Below, piece after piece: positions 9,834 to 18,079 of a DNA stretch of 64,000 nt. Made by a program: the position numbers and the translations under genes. The notes beneath the pieces are model-generated. The model did not search any database. It was not told the origin of the DNA and was given only the letters and a program-made list of their open reading frames with translations. The stretch is taken from the IMG/VR virus record IMGVR_UViG_3300011008_000022; one strand, written 5' to 3'. Source of the DNA: a virus. The stretch's first letter is position 1. Every line of letters begins with the position of its first letter.

Positions 9834-10967
9834 ATGAATTACAAATCATATCTACCATTGAGCATGGCACTCGCCATGCTTTTCTCTTGCGAGAAACCTA
9901 TATTGAATGAAGAGGATGCCAACGACACCCCCAAAACCATCACCTTTCAACTATTCTCCCCTGCACAGACACGTTCCACGAGATCAGCAGCAGCTATCAC
10001 CGACTTCAAGAAAATCTATATCTATGACAGTAAAGGTGGCTATCAAGAGCAGCTGCTGGAGCAGTCTGCAGATGACCCCGATTTCGGCTCACCAACCATC
10101 ACCCTCACGGGTGGCCATCACCAACTGACCTTCGCCGCCATCGATAATGCGGATGCCTACCTCGATGGTAGCGTACTCAGACAGGAAACTATGGGCGACA
10201 CGTTCCTGAAAACCATCGACATCAACACTCAGAATGCACCCGCCAACCAGCGCATCGTGCTCAAACGTGTGGTAGCCGGCATCCTCTATAAGGGAGAGGG
10301 CACCGTGACACTCAGCGGACTGCGCAACGGTCTCTCGCTGTCCTCCGCGAAACCCGCTAAGGCAACAACCACAAAGACACTCTCAACGGGACAACAGCTC
10401 TATACCCTTGTGCCCGATGACGAGACGGTGGTCATGGATGGTAAACGTAACATCCATATCCTCCAGAATGCCTTTACCGTCATCTACGACAACGACGGCA
10501 CACATACCGACCCAGAAGACCCTACCAACGGCGAATATCTCCTGACAGAAAATGATACCGCACAGATCTATGTCGCACGGATGGAACTTACCGACATCAC
10601 ACTGGAGAATACACCCGACCCGCAAGCCGCCTATGCAGCACAGATGTACCCCAATCGTATGCCTACCCGACGCGAAGCATACGGCTTCGTCAAAAAGGAA
10701 CTGCCGGAAGACTTCTGGACGGGTGCCCGATGCCTCGCCTACGACCGACCCGAAGACAAAGGCTTCCTCGGTGCTACTGGTTGGGGCAGTGGCGACTACT
10801 ACACCTTCACATGGGGACCTAACGGCACCTCCAACAAAGCAGGCACCAAAACCGCCTACTCTATCAAACCTATCCGCGTAGTCCCCATAGTCCCAATCTC
10901 CCAGTCCTTCACCCTCGACGGCGACTTCACCTGGTCCACTGACACCACCACCGTCGTCAAATTCTGA
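9834..10967 (+). CDS. lipoprotein, fimbrillin-like N-terminus and DUF1566-like C-terminus (moron)
   Basis: ATG at 9834. Lipobox LFSC. The FQLFSPAQTRSTRS..KIYIYD pattern is typical of Bacteroidota fimbrial-type lipoproteins. The C-terminal MPTRREAYGF..YSIKPIRVV resembles DUF1566. All by eye. Confidence 0.45.
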   Translation: MNYKSYLPLSMALAMLFSCEKPILNEEDANDTPKTITFQLFSPAQTRSTRSAAAITDFKKIYIYDSKGGYQEQLLEQSADDPDFGSPTITLTGGHHQLTFAAIDNADAYLDGSVLRQETMGDTFLKTIDINTQNAPANQRIVLKRVVAGILYKGEGTVTLSGLRNGLSLSSAKPAKATTTKTLSTGQQLYTLVPDDETVVMDGKRNIHILQNAFTVIYDNDGTHTDPEDPTNGEYLLTENDTAQIYVARMELTDITLENTPDPQAAYAAQMYPNRMPTRREAYGFVKKELPEDFWTGARCLAYDRPEDKGFLGATGWGSGDYYTFTWGPNGTSNKAGTKTAYSIKPIRVVPIVPISQSFTLDGDFTWSTDTTTVVKF

Positions 10968-10988
10968 CTCCGAGATCTACGACACTCA

Positions 10989-11103
10989 CTACAACGTAGT
11001 CCCAGCGCTCCAAGTAGCATCTGACCTCTACAACGTAGTATCAGTGCTTCAAAGAGTAATCTGAACTCCTACAACGTAGTAAATAGCGTCGTAACGTAGT
11101 AAA
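10989..11103 (+). repeat. four direct repeats CTACAACGTAGT(A)
   Basis: Copies at 10989, 11028 and 11069 (about 40-bp spacing), plus a partial copy at 11091-11103 (GTAACGTAGTA), about 22 bp after the third. Non-coding. Confidence 0.75.
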
Positions 11104-11177
11104 ATCAAATTTTAATCTAAAATTTTTAGAAACATTTAGTAAACAACATTAAGTTTAACCCAGCGATGCCACCGCAG

Positions 11178-11236
11178 CCCCACCGAACTCATCGGTGGGG
11201 TTTTTGTTTCGTCATTTGCAAGGCGATTGTATCGCC
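11178..11236 (+). terminator. GC hairpin + T-run, then family-C hairpin
   Basis: CCCCACCGAactcaTCGGTGGGGttttt gtttcgtcatttgcaa GGCGATtgtATCGCC. Confidence 0.6.
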
Positions 11237-11248
11237 CTAATCTCCGCC

Positions 11249-11395
11249 CTGCCGCACAAAACATCCGCCATGTCGCACAAAACACCCGCCATGTCGCACA
11301 AAACACCCGCTCAGTCGAACGAAGTACCCGCTCCATCGAACGAAGTACCCGCTCCATCGAACGAAGTACCCGCCATGTCGAACGAAATCACCGAT
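11249..11395 (+). repeat. seven tandem 21-bp repeats (iteron-like)
   Basis: Three copies of the ATGTCGCACAAAACACCCGCC type, then three to four of the CCATCGAACGAAGTACCCGCT type. They are contiguous with no spacers. Confidence 0.85.
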
Positions 11396-11445
11396 CTATA
11401 CCTTTCTACACCGCATTTCTACACCTTTCTATACCTCTCTATACC

Positions 11446-11505
11446 ATTTTCCTCTAACTACATACAACACTTTTCTCTAACTCCATCATTTTTCCTCTAA
11501 CTGTT
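11446..11505 (+). repeat. three TTTYCTCTAACT repeats at ~21-bp spacing
   Basis: Read directly. TTTCTACAC/CTATACC repeats precede them (11396-11445). Confidence 0.7.
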
Positions 11506-11510
11506 CGCCC

Positions 11511-11610
11511 AGGTTGGTACAAACCTTAGTACAACACAGTACAAACCTCTGATTAGGTTAGTACAAACCTTAGTATAACAAAATACTAACCCCGCTCAGG
11601 TTAGTATTTT
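11511..11610 (+). repeat. AGGTTRGTACAAACCTTAGTA repeats, ending in a 10-bp-stem palindrome
   Basis: Copies at 11511-11536 and 11555-11580. The palindrome is AATACTAACC-ccgctca-GGTTAGTATT (11582-11608). Confidence 0.7.
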
Positions 11611-11853
11611 CTATTCATAAATCCATTATTTCATCAATTCATAATTCAATGGGATATACAAAATAATTCTTTTATCTTCTAAAAATGAATTATTTTGCAC
11701 ACCCCAAAGTTAGTGTGCAGTGCGTGTCAAAAATTGCCACCGATTTGAGGGGTGCGGTGGTAGAGTGCTGCCCAAAATCGCTTGTAACTTATTGAAAATC
11801 AGAGTAACCACCTCGAAAAAACAGTCCCATTCTCGCCCTCGACCGCCGCCTCA

Positions 11854-12140
11854 CTGGATGGGCACCCCCTCCCCCTTCCCCCTGAATTGCTGCAAATATG
11901 CCGCCGGCCCTCCTGGATGGGTGCCTGATGCCCTCGAAGAGGTGCCGAGGGTGTCCGGCTGGCTCAGATCATCACCCAGAACGCCGCCCAGGGTGCCTCT
12001 CTGCTGCCCGTCATCGGTGGCCGGTGGTGGTGCTCTGCTGACATCCTGAAGAGGTGCCCGCGCTGCTGGTGGTGCTCTGCCGGTGCTCATGGATGCCAGA
12101 ACCGCCGCCCAGGGTGCCGAGGTGGTGCCGGTGGTGGTGT
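11854..12140 (+). repeat. GC-rich degenerate ~115-bp tandem duplication, non-coding or decayed
   Basis: Paired motifs: GAAGAGGTGCC (11936 and 12048), CAGAAC(C)GCCGCCCAGGGTGCC (11977 and 12097, one with an extra base), CTGGATGGGYRCC (11854 and 11912), GGTGGTGCTCTGC (x2). Confidence 0.6.
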
Positions 12141-12255
12141 GTGCTTTTATATATATAATAAGGTAAAACAAAGTATAATTTGTTTATAAGTGTTAAAAAT
12201 TCGATTAAATACGAATTTATTTTGTTTTTTGTTTGGTGGTATCAAATTTTATTTT

Positions 12256-12263
12256 TACCTTTG
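12256..12263 (+). promoter_or_regulatory. -7 box TACCTTTG
   Basis: Upstream of 12318. Confidence 0.5.
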
Positions 12264-12288
12264 CAGCAGATTTAAAAAGTTATTCACC

Positions 12289-12301
12289 GCGCCACCGGCG
12301 C
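12289..12301 (+). promoter_or_regulatory. 5' leader hairpin, ACC-[stem]-loop-[stem]-ACAAAA family
   Basis: caccGCGCCaccGGCGCacaaaa. About 26 nt after the -7 box and 17 nt before the ATG. Confidence 0.55.
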
Positions 12302-12317
12302 ACAAAATTAAAAAATT

Positions 12318-12668
12318 ATGAAAAATTCCGCTTTTGTTCTCGCTTTGATGCAGATTGCAACCGCTAACCCTGAAGGATTCACCGTTAACGCTCAGACCTT
12401 GCAACCAATTACAAAAGGCTACGCCGTAGCCCTGGCAGATACTCAGAACAGCCACGACACCGCCGGCCTTCTCTCTGTTATAGACTACGCCCAGAACCAC
12501 GCCGACACCGTGAACGCGATCGGCGGATGGCTCGACACTGAAAGTAACAAATTTTATTTTGATGCTACAGTAATTTGTGACGATCTCGAAGCCGCGTTAA
12601 TACTGGGCCGCCGTAATAATCAGATCGCAATTTTTGACCTGGAGAAAATGGAAGAAATCAGGCTTTAA
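12318..12668 (+). CDS. hypothetical protein
   Basis: 116-aa ORF behind the TACCTTTG box (12256-12263) and a leader hairpin (12289-12301). First gene of the GC-rich island. Confidence 0.6.
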   Translation: MKNSAFVLALMQIATANPEGFTVNAQTLQPITKGYAVALADTQNSHDTAGLLSVIDYAQNHADTVNAIGGWLDTESNKFYFDATVICDDLEAALILGRRNNQIAIFDLEKMEEIRL

Positions 12669-12715
12669 AGCCTGGTTTCTCTCCTCATGTTATAACCGTT
12701 TAATATTATTATATT

Positions 12716-12922
12716 ATGACTAATTATGCCCGCATCTATCGCGCCGAACTTCAGGAACTGAAGCCCGCACCCGCTTTTTATCGTTTCGCGCTGCGTCTCG
12801 TCATCGCTGCCGCCCGTATCGCTGACCGCTACCCGCGCACCGTTTCCGCTATCCTCTGGGCCGGCTCTCTCTGGGCTGTCGTTTATATCTTTTTAAATTA
12901 TCGTTTTACTACTTATTTATAA
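12716..12922 (+). CDS. small membrane protein
   Basis: 68 aa with a C-terminal hydrophobic helix (ILWAGSLWAVVYIFLNY). Confidence 0.45.
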   Translation: MTNYARIYRAELQELKPAPAFYRFALRLVIAAARIADRYPRTVSAILWAGSLWAVVYIFLNYRFTTYL

Positions 12923-12926
12923 AACT

Positions 12927-13262
12927 ATGAACACCACAAAGAACACCACCACCGCCGCCCCTGTTGCTGATTCTGAGGGCCGCCGCTGTTATACTTATAT
13001 TATCGCCGTTTCTGGCCGTCTCTGGAGCCTGTGCGCTTCTGAATGGTGGGGAACCCCTGACGAAATGAGAACGAACGCCGCGAGCATGGCAACCGCCGCC
13101 CGCATTTTCCGACACTCTGCCGCCGTTGCTGTCTATGAGCTGCGAAACGATGACTATTTATATTTTGTGCATGGTTGCGAGCTGCCAGGAACCAACGACG
13201 CACCGGCCACCTTCCACCGCTACGCCCCGCCAGTGATCCGCCGCCAGTGTGCCAACAAATAA
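12927..13262 (+). CDS. hypothetical protein
   Basis: 111-aa ORF in the GC-rich island. Confidence 0.5.
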   Translation: MNTTKNTTTAAPVADSEGRRCYTYIIAVSGRLWSLCASEWWGTPDEMRTNAASMATAARIFRHSAAVAVYELRNDDYLYFVHGCELPGTNDAPATFHRYAPPVIRRQCANK

Positions 13263-13314
13263 CCCCTATTTATAGTCCGTTTTATTATTCACAGATTTTT
13301 AAAATTTTCCGATT

Positions 13315-15621
13315 ATGAAATACTTTGTAAATTTCCCCTATACTGCCGAGAGTTTAAAAAATGAGTTCCGCACCCTGTCTTTGAAGTTGCACCCAGACAC
13401 GGGAGGCGATGCCGAGGAGTTCGCCGCCATGATGAACGAATACGAGCAGATCGCCCGCAACCTGTCAGGAACTAAACAACACGCCCAGAGCGAAGCAGAA
13501 CGCCAGGCAGAAGAAGCCCGCCGCCGTGAGGAGGAGGAAGAGCGCCGAGAGTGGGAAGCCTACCAGGAGCGCCAGCGCCAGGAACGGGAAGCAGAGCGCA
13601 AAGCAGAGGAAGAGCGCAAAGCTAAGGCCCGCCCCATCTACGAAAAGCGCTGCAAGAAATGGGCGCACCTCATGGAAGATTTAACCCCATTTATAGAGGC
13701 TGAAAATAATGCCTATAAAAACGAGCGCCAGGCTGCCGAGACTTTCGGCTATCGTTCTGCAGAATATAAGGAGGCAGGCAAAGCCACGAAAGCCGCCAGA
13801 ACTGCCACACATGCAGCCCGCCGCCGTAATCTCTTGAAGATGGCGCAAACAGCTTTCAAGGGTGTTAAATTCTCCCTTCGTTACGATAACGGCTGGGGCG
13901 GTGGTTTTATTATCGCATGGACTGACGGCCCAAGCCTGGAAGAGTTCAAGGCTGCAACCGATTACGATCTGTTTGTTTCAGTCTGGGACACCTTCGACGG
14001 TATGACAGACTGTGCCGACTATGAGCGGGCAGATTTTACAGACTTTGCCGATAAGTACAGCGGCCATCATGGAGAGGTGGAATTTGACCGTACAATTAGC
14101 GACGAGAACAGGCAGAAAATGGCCGACGTTTTAAAGCGTCTTAATCCTGACTTTACAGACCCAGAGGCCCGCGAGCGTTACGACTGCAACAGCTGGGAAG
14201 ATATCGCCGTCTTTATAGACGAGGAAAAAATCAGAGAATTTTTCCGTATCTTTGGCGCTGACTTTGACAGCGTGACCGATGAGCAGAAGAGAGCACAGCG
14301 CACAAGCCGCCACAACTTCCGCGACTATATGGACAGCCGCAAGACCTTAGCCGGTTGGATCAACGCCCTGGCCGACTTCATCACATTTAAAACGGATGAC
14401 GAGAAGAAGGCCGAGAAGCCCGCAGAGTTTGCCCCCCGTTATGGTGCCACCCTTCGCGCACTGTTTAAGCTCGTAGGCGGTCAGTCTGCCGCATTCTGGC
14501 AGCGCGACCCCAAAACCCGCAAGAGTTCCCCGCTGTCATTGTCTGAACTCATCGAGGCCCTGGAACGTGGCGAGGCCGTAGCCTATGGAAAAAAACATGA
14601 GTACACCGACGCAGAAGGTAATATCGAGTCCGTAATTTATTGGGGTGTAAATAATGGCGGATATAAGGTACAAAAAGCCCGTGCCGAGAAGTTCGCCGCC
14701 GCTGGTTATACTCTCAGCAGTTCCGGCCATTCTTCCACCTATGCCGACGTAGAAATTACCGGCATAACTCCAGAGACTGCCGCCGCTCTTCGTGCTGAAC
14801 TCGCAGACATCGAGAGACAGCGCCAGCAGTGGGAGACCAAACAGACCGCACAGAAGCCCCAGAACAGCGCCGAGACTGCCGAGCAGTCCAACACACAGCC
14901 CACCGACTCCGAGGCCGTCAGCGCTCCGCAAACAGTCGTAGCAGATGCCCCCGCCGATGGCTTGCAGCTCATCGACACCGCCGAGGGTGTGGCCGTCGTC
15001 TCTGAGGACTGGAAAACGACGTATTTTAATAAAAAGCACATCAAGGCCCACGGCTGCCACTGGAACAAGGAGGCGAAACGATGGGAAGCCACCGACCCCG
15101 ACGACGTGGCAAAGGTTCGCGCATGGTTTGCTCTTCGCACAGAAGAGCAGACCACCCCAGAGGCCGACACGTTAGAGGATGCCCAGAATATCACAGAAAA
15201 CGCCCAGGACAGCGCCGAGACTGTCGAGCAGTCCAACACACAGCCCACAGACTCCGAGGCCGTCAGCGAGGACGCACAGCAGCCCGCCAGCGTTTCCCCA
15301 CTCTTCGAGGCAGTGGCCGACCTCTTCCGCACCTTTGCCGACATCATCCAGCAGGCCAAACGGTGGGAGGGCGTGACCATTCCAGCCGCCACCCTCGAAC
15401 GATGCGCACAGAACACCGCCGCCCGCCTCTCTGAGGTGTGCGCCTGTCTGGGCAGTCTCACGCCTGACAGCCGCGAACAGTTCGACGCGCTGGGTGTCAT
15501 CTTCTGGACGCTCTCCGACAAGATCAAGACTGGCACCGACCCCGACACCCTCCAGAGTGCCACCGACTACGCCCGCGCCCAGCTCTTCGACCTCATCGAG
15601 CGCACACAAACAGAGAACTAG
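13315..15621 (+). CDS. J-domain (DnaJ-like) protein with charged coiled region and internal repeat
   Basis: N-terminal J-domain with the HPD motif (LSLKLHPDTGGDAEEF). E/R/K-rich stretch. A 64-bp direct repeat (14860-14923 and 15205-15268) flanks a HIKAHGCHWNKEAKRWEA module that looks DUF5710-like by eye. Confidence 0.7.
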   Translation: MKYFVNFPYTAESLKNEFRTLSLKLHPDTGGDAEEFAAMMNEYEQIARNLSGTKQHAQSEAERQAEEARRREEEEERREWEAYQERQRQEREAERKAEEERKAKARPIYEKRCKKWAHLMEDLTPFIEAENNAYKNERQAAETFGYRSAEYKEAGKATKAARTATHAARRRNLLKMAQTAFKGVKFSLRYDNGWGGGFIIAWTDGPSLEEFKAATDYDLFVSVWDTFDGMTDCADYERADFTDFADKYSGHHGEVEFDRTISDENRQKMADVLKRLNPDFTDPEARERYDCNSWEDIAVFIDEEKIREFFRIFGADFDSVTDEQKRAQRTSRHNFRDYMDSRKTLAGWINALADFITFKTDDEKKAEKPAEFAPRYGATLRALFKLVGGQSAAFWQRDPKTRKSSPLSLSELIEALERGEAVAYGKKHEYTDAEGNIESVIYWGVNNGGYKVQKARAEKFAAAGYTLSSSGHSSTYADVEITGITPETAAALRAELADIERQRQQWETKQTAQKPQNSAETAEQSNTQPTDSEAVSAPQTVVADAPADGLQLIDTAEGVAVVSEDWKTTYFNKKHIKAHGCHWNKEAKRWEATDPDDVAKVRAWFALRTEEQTTPEADTLEDAQNITENAQDSAETVEQSNTQPTDSEAVSEDAQQPASVSPLFEAVADLFRTFADIIQQAKRWEGVTIPAATLERCAQNTAARLSEVCACLGSLTPDSREQFDALGVIFWTLSDKIKTGTDPDTLQSATDYARAQLFDLIERTQTEN

Positions 15622-15762
15622 GCGCGAGCAGTCCGCGAGGCTGTCAGCTCTGACGACTCCGACCCACTGGAGAAGGCCGCTTGATATAGCGGCCTCCCCT
15701 TCCCCTCTCTTAATGTTATAGCACATCCCAAAAATCAGAAAATTTTAAAAATCTACAAAATC

Positions 15763-16014
15763 ATGGTTACAATTTCACAGAATGCCATCGCCACCGTTAA
15801 ACAGCTTAACGACCAACTTTTTGAAGCTGAGTGTGAACTGGAAGCCCAGCAGCGGGCAGTCTCTAAGTATCGCTATTATCTGGCAGCAGAAGCCAATCAG
15901 GAAACAGTCATGGATCTACGTGGTGCCATAAAGAACCTGCAGGGCTGTCAGCAGCGCGTCGATCATCTGCGCCAGCGTCTCACCGACACCCTCGAAAATA
16001 TCTGGTCATTATAG
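15763..16014 (+). CDS. hypothetical protein (coiled-coil)
   Basis: 83-aa ORF. Confidence 0.5.
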   Translation: MVTISQNAIATVKQLNDQLFEAECELEAQQRAVSKYRYYLAAEANQETVMDLRGAIKNLQGCQQRVDHLRQRLTDTLENIWSL

Positions 16015-16070
16015 ACCATCTCAAAAATCCCCGTTTTCATCATTTCATCGTTTCATCAATTCATTAAATT

Positions 16071-16319
16071 ATGGTCATCATCAACGGTCACAAGTTCTAC
16101 GAGGTCCCTACCTCTTGCGGCACCTGTCCTTTCCTCCTCACTGGTAACACCTCCACCCCTGGCGTATCTACCGGCTACAGCAAAGGTCTGTGCGTCCAGT
16201 GGAACGAAACCCACCACACCTGGGCCAACATTCCCCGCCGCTGTTCTAAGCTCTTCCGCCGTGCTTTTGACCTCTACAATGACACCGGCGAGAATTTAGT
16301 TATCACTAAAAAAGAGTAA
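16071..16319 (+). CDS. hypothetical protein
   Basis: 82-aa ORF directly behind a G-free TTCAT-repeat leader. Confidence 0.5.
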   Translation: MVIINGHKFYEVPTSCGTCPFLLTGNTSTPGVSTGYSKGLCVQWNETHHTWANIPRRCSKLFRRAFDLYNDTGENLVITKKE

Positions 16320-16364
16320 AAAACCAACAAATTTCGATTTTATTTTAATTTTCCTGCAAAATTA

Positions 16365-16396
16365 TTTGGCAGTATCAAAATATATTCGTATCTTTG
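16365..16396 (+). promoter_or_regulatory. -33 TTTG / -7 TATCTTTG promoter (cassette copy 1)
   Basis: TTTGGCAGTATCAAAATATATTCGTATCTTTG with a 20-nt spacer. Near-identical to the copies at 19705 and 21338. Confidence 0.7.
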
Positions 16397-16419
16397 CACC
16401 GACAAATAAAAGTTTAACC

Positions 16420-16433
16420 GAGCCACGAGGCTC
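16420..16433 (+). promoter_or_regulatory. 5' leader hairpin (same family)
   Basis: aaccGAGCCacgaGGCTCacaaaaaa. Confidence 0.6.
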
Positions 16434-16451
16434 ACAAAAAAGTATTTCATC

Positions 16452-17282
16452 ATGTTACAGACAGCAACAACTCAGGCACCATTTGCCGCAATCAACATTC
16501 AGAACATCGCTAAACAGCGAGAGAACAAACAGGCTACCTTCTCTGCTATCATTCAGAACAACTGGGAAGCATGTAAGAACCGCTTTCGTGTTACGTTCAC
16601 CAATGGCACCACCGAGATCAAGCGCCTCTTTACTAACAGCGGAATGGTCTGCGAGTATGGCAAAGGCCGCCGTACCTATGGCCATTATGCCTATATCGAC
16701 AACTGGCAGAAGGTAGAACCTGTGAAGCCAGCCCCCAAATATAGTTATAGCATGTTCCACCGCAATACCACCAAGGCCGCCGCTCTCCTGGCTGCCTCTG
16801 GCTTGTGGCCCGAAATGCAGAAGCGCATGGCTGTTATGTCCCAGTTCTCCCAGTCTGAATATAACGAGATTATGGATATCTATCAGAAGAGCTGGGACTG
16901 CGACTATCGCGACACAGAGAAGCGTCAGGAACTGGAAAAGTCCTTCAACGACTTCTTCACCTCTCGTGGCACTACTCCCGACTACTACCACTTCAAGCAA
17001 CTCAGCGAGAAGTCACAGATCATCAGCATCCCCTTCGGCAAAGATGGGAGTTATGAGCGCCGCATGGTTGCCAACCATTTAGAGCAGGCCCAGCAGTCCG
17101 CTGCCGACTATGACGATGGCTTTGGCGTTCGTTGGTATGGCAGCTATGATTACAGCGTCTCTGTCAGCAAGAAAGATGGTGTACTTCGTGGCTGGTACTC
17201 TGCCGAGTACAAAGGTTGTGGCAATGGCCATTATTACCTCCTACTCGATGCTACTCATGCCATCTATTGCGAAGACGATTGA
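16452..17282 (+). CDS. hypothetical protein
   Basis: 276-aa ORF behind promoter cassette 16365-16396 and leader hairpin 16420-16433. Confidence 0.7.
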   Translation: MLQTATTQAPFAAINIQNIAKQRENKQATFSAIIQNNWEACKNRFRVTFTNGTTEIKRLFTNSGMVCEYGKGRRTYGHYAYIDNWQKVEPVKPAPKYSYSMFHRNTTKAAALLAASGLWPEMQKRMAVMSQFSQSEYNEIMDIYQKSWDCDYRDTEKRQELEKSFNDFFTSRGTTPDYYHFKQLSEKSQIISIPFGKDGSYERRMVANHLEQAQQSAADYDDGFGVRWYGSYDYSVSVSKKDGVLRGWYSAEYKGCGNGHYYLLLDATHAIYCEDD

Positions 17283-17291
17283 CCCACCGTG

Positions 17292-17311
17292 CCCAGCCTT
17301 TCTCGGCTGGG
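17292..17311 (+). terminator. family-A hairpin
   Basis: caccgtgCCCAGCCtttctcGGCTGGGtcc, after the stop at 17282. Confidence 0.6.
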
Positions 17312-17353
17312 TCCCTCTTTTCATTCATTCATCAATTCATCAAATCATTAACC

Positions 17354-17367
17354 GAGCTTTCAGGCTC
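17354..17367 (+). promoter_or_regulatory. 5' leader hairpin (same family)
   Basis: aaccGAGCtttcagGCTCacgaaaaaaa. Confidence 0.5.
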
Positions 17368-17385
17368 ACGAAAAAAATCAAACTT

Positions 17386-17631
17386 ATGGATATCAAAATC
17401 AAGAAAATTGTTTCCTGGATTTTCCCTTATTTCGGGAACGACCACATCATGCCCTATGGCTCTCTTCTCGTTACTGACGGAAAGACTGAGCGCGTATGCC
17501 ATACCAAGGGCGACCGCTATCACGATAACGATGGCTATCAGTACATCACCTTCAATCGTCGCCGTTATGAAGTTCTCGCCTCTGGCAATCCAGCACGAGG
17601 CATGAAAATCTCTCTGCGCCCTGTTGCTTAA
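17386..17631 (+). CDS. hypothetical protein
   Basis: ATG at 17386 (MDIKIKK), 19 nt after leader hairpin 17354-17367. The upstream part of ORF 17110..17631 crosses a hairpin and is likely spurious. Confidence 0.5.
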   Translation: MDIKIKKIVSWIFPYFGNDHIMPYGSLLVTDGKTERVCHTKGDRYHDNDGYQYITFNRRRYEVLASGNPARGMKISLRPVA

Positions 17632-17666
17632 TTCATCATTTCATCAATTCATCAATTCATCATATT

Positions 17667-17783
17667 ATGGCAAAGAATTATAAAGTCGAGAATGGCAAGC
17701 ATTTGAAAGCCATTAGAAGCCCTTATGATGGCCGTGTAGTCGGCTGGATAGATATAACTGAAAGTTCAACGAAAAACTCATAA
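17667..17783 (+). CDS. small hypothetical protein (38 aa)
   Basis: ATG directly behind a TTCATCAATTCAT leader. Below the ORF-track size cutoff; translated by hand (MAKNYKVENGKHLKAIRSPYDGRVVGWIDITESSTKNS). Confidence 0.3.
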   Translation: MAKNYKVENGKHLKAIRSPYDGRVVGWIDITESSTKNS

Positions 17784-17795
17784 ATTCGTCAAGTT

Positions 17796-18062
17796 ATGAA
17801 AGCAATGGAATCCTATCATTCTGGTACTGTCGGCTTCGATATTCTACACACAGATGTTGTCGAGGTAGAACGTCGTACAATTACGATTAAAACCTATAAT
17901 GGTAATATCACCAGACCAGGCAACAGAGTCATGCGCTGCCGTCACTGTGGAAATGAATGGGTGGAGTCTATCACAAGCCCCCAGGTTCTTTCTCAGGATG
18001 TGCTAAACGAACTCCATGAGTATTTCAGCGATTATACAGAATGTAAACAGAAAAAAGCATAA
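17796..18062 (+). CDS. hypothetical protein (possible zinc ribbon, CRHCGNEW)
   Basis: 88-aa ORF. Confidence 0.5.
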   Translation: MKAMESYHSGTVGFDILHTDVVEVERRTITIKTYNGNITRPGNRVMRCRHCGNEWVESITSPQVLSQDVLNELHEYFSDYTECKQKKA

Positions 18063-18079
18063 GTAAACCCGCCACAACT

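Noticed and set aside
11249-11395. Possible CRISPR array (regular 21-bp repeats)
   Set aside because: The repeats are contiguous, with no spacers between them. They are too short and fall into two drifting sub-types. This is a tandem or iteron array, not CRISPR.
11720-12171. ORFs 11720..12049 (+) and 11851..12171 (-) as genes
   Set aside because: They run through a GC-rich degenerate duplication whose two copies are in different frames (one copy has an extra base). No start context or leader is present. Most likely non-coding or decayed.
14860-15268. Diversity-generating retroelement (template/variable repeat pair) in the J-domain gene
   Set aside because: The two 64-bp copies differ at three positions and the changes are not adenine-specific. 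There is no reverse transcriptase in the window. This is a simple internal duplication.
14536-15726. Long antisense and overlapping ORFs within the J-domain gene (14536..15060, 14739..15563, 15172..15726, others)
   Set aside because: These are typical stop-poor alternative frames of GC-rich DNA. The sense ORF carries a clear J-domain, so the others are treated as artefacts.
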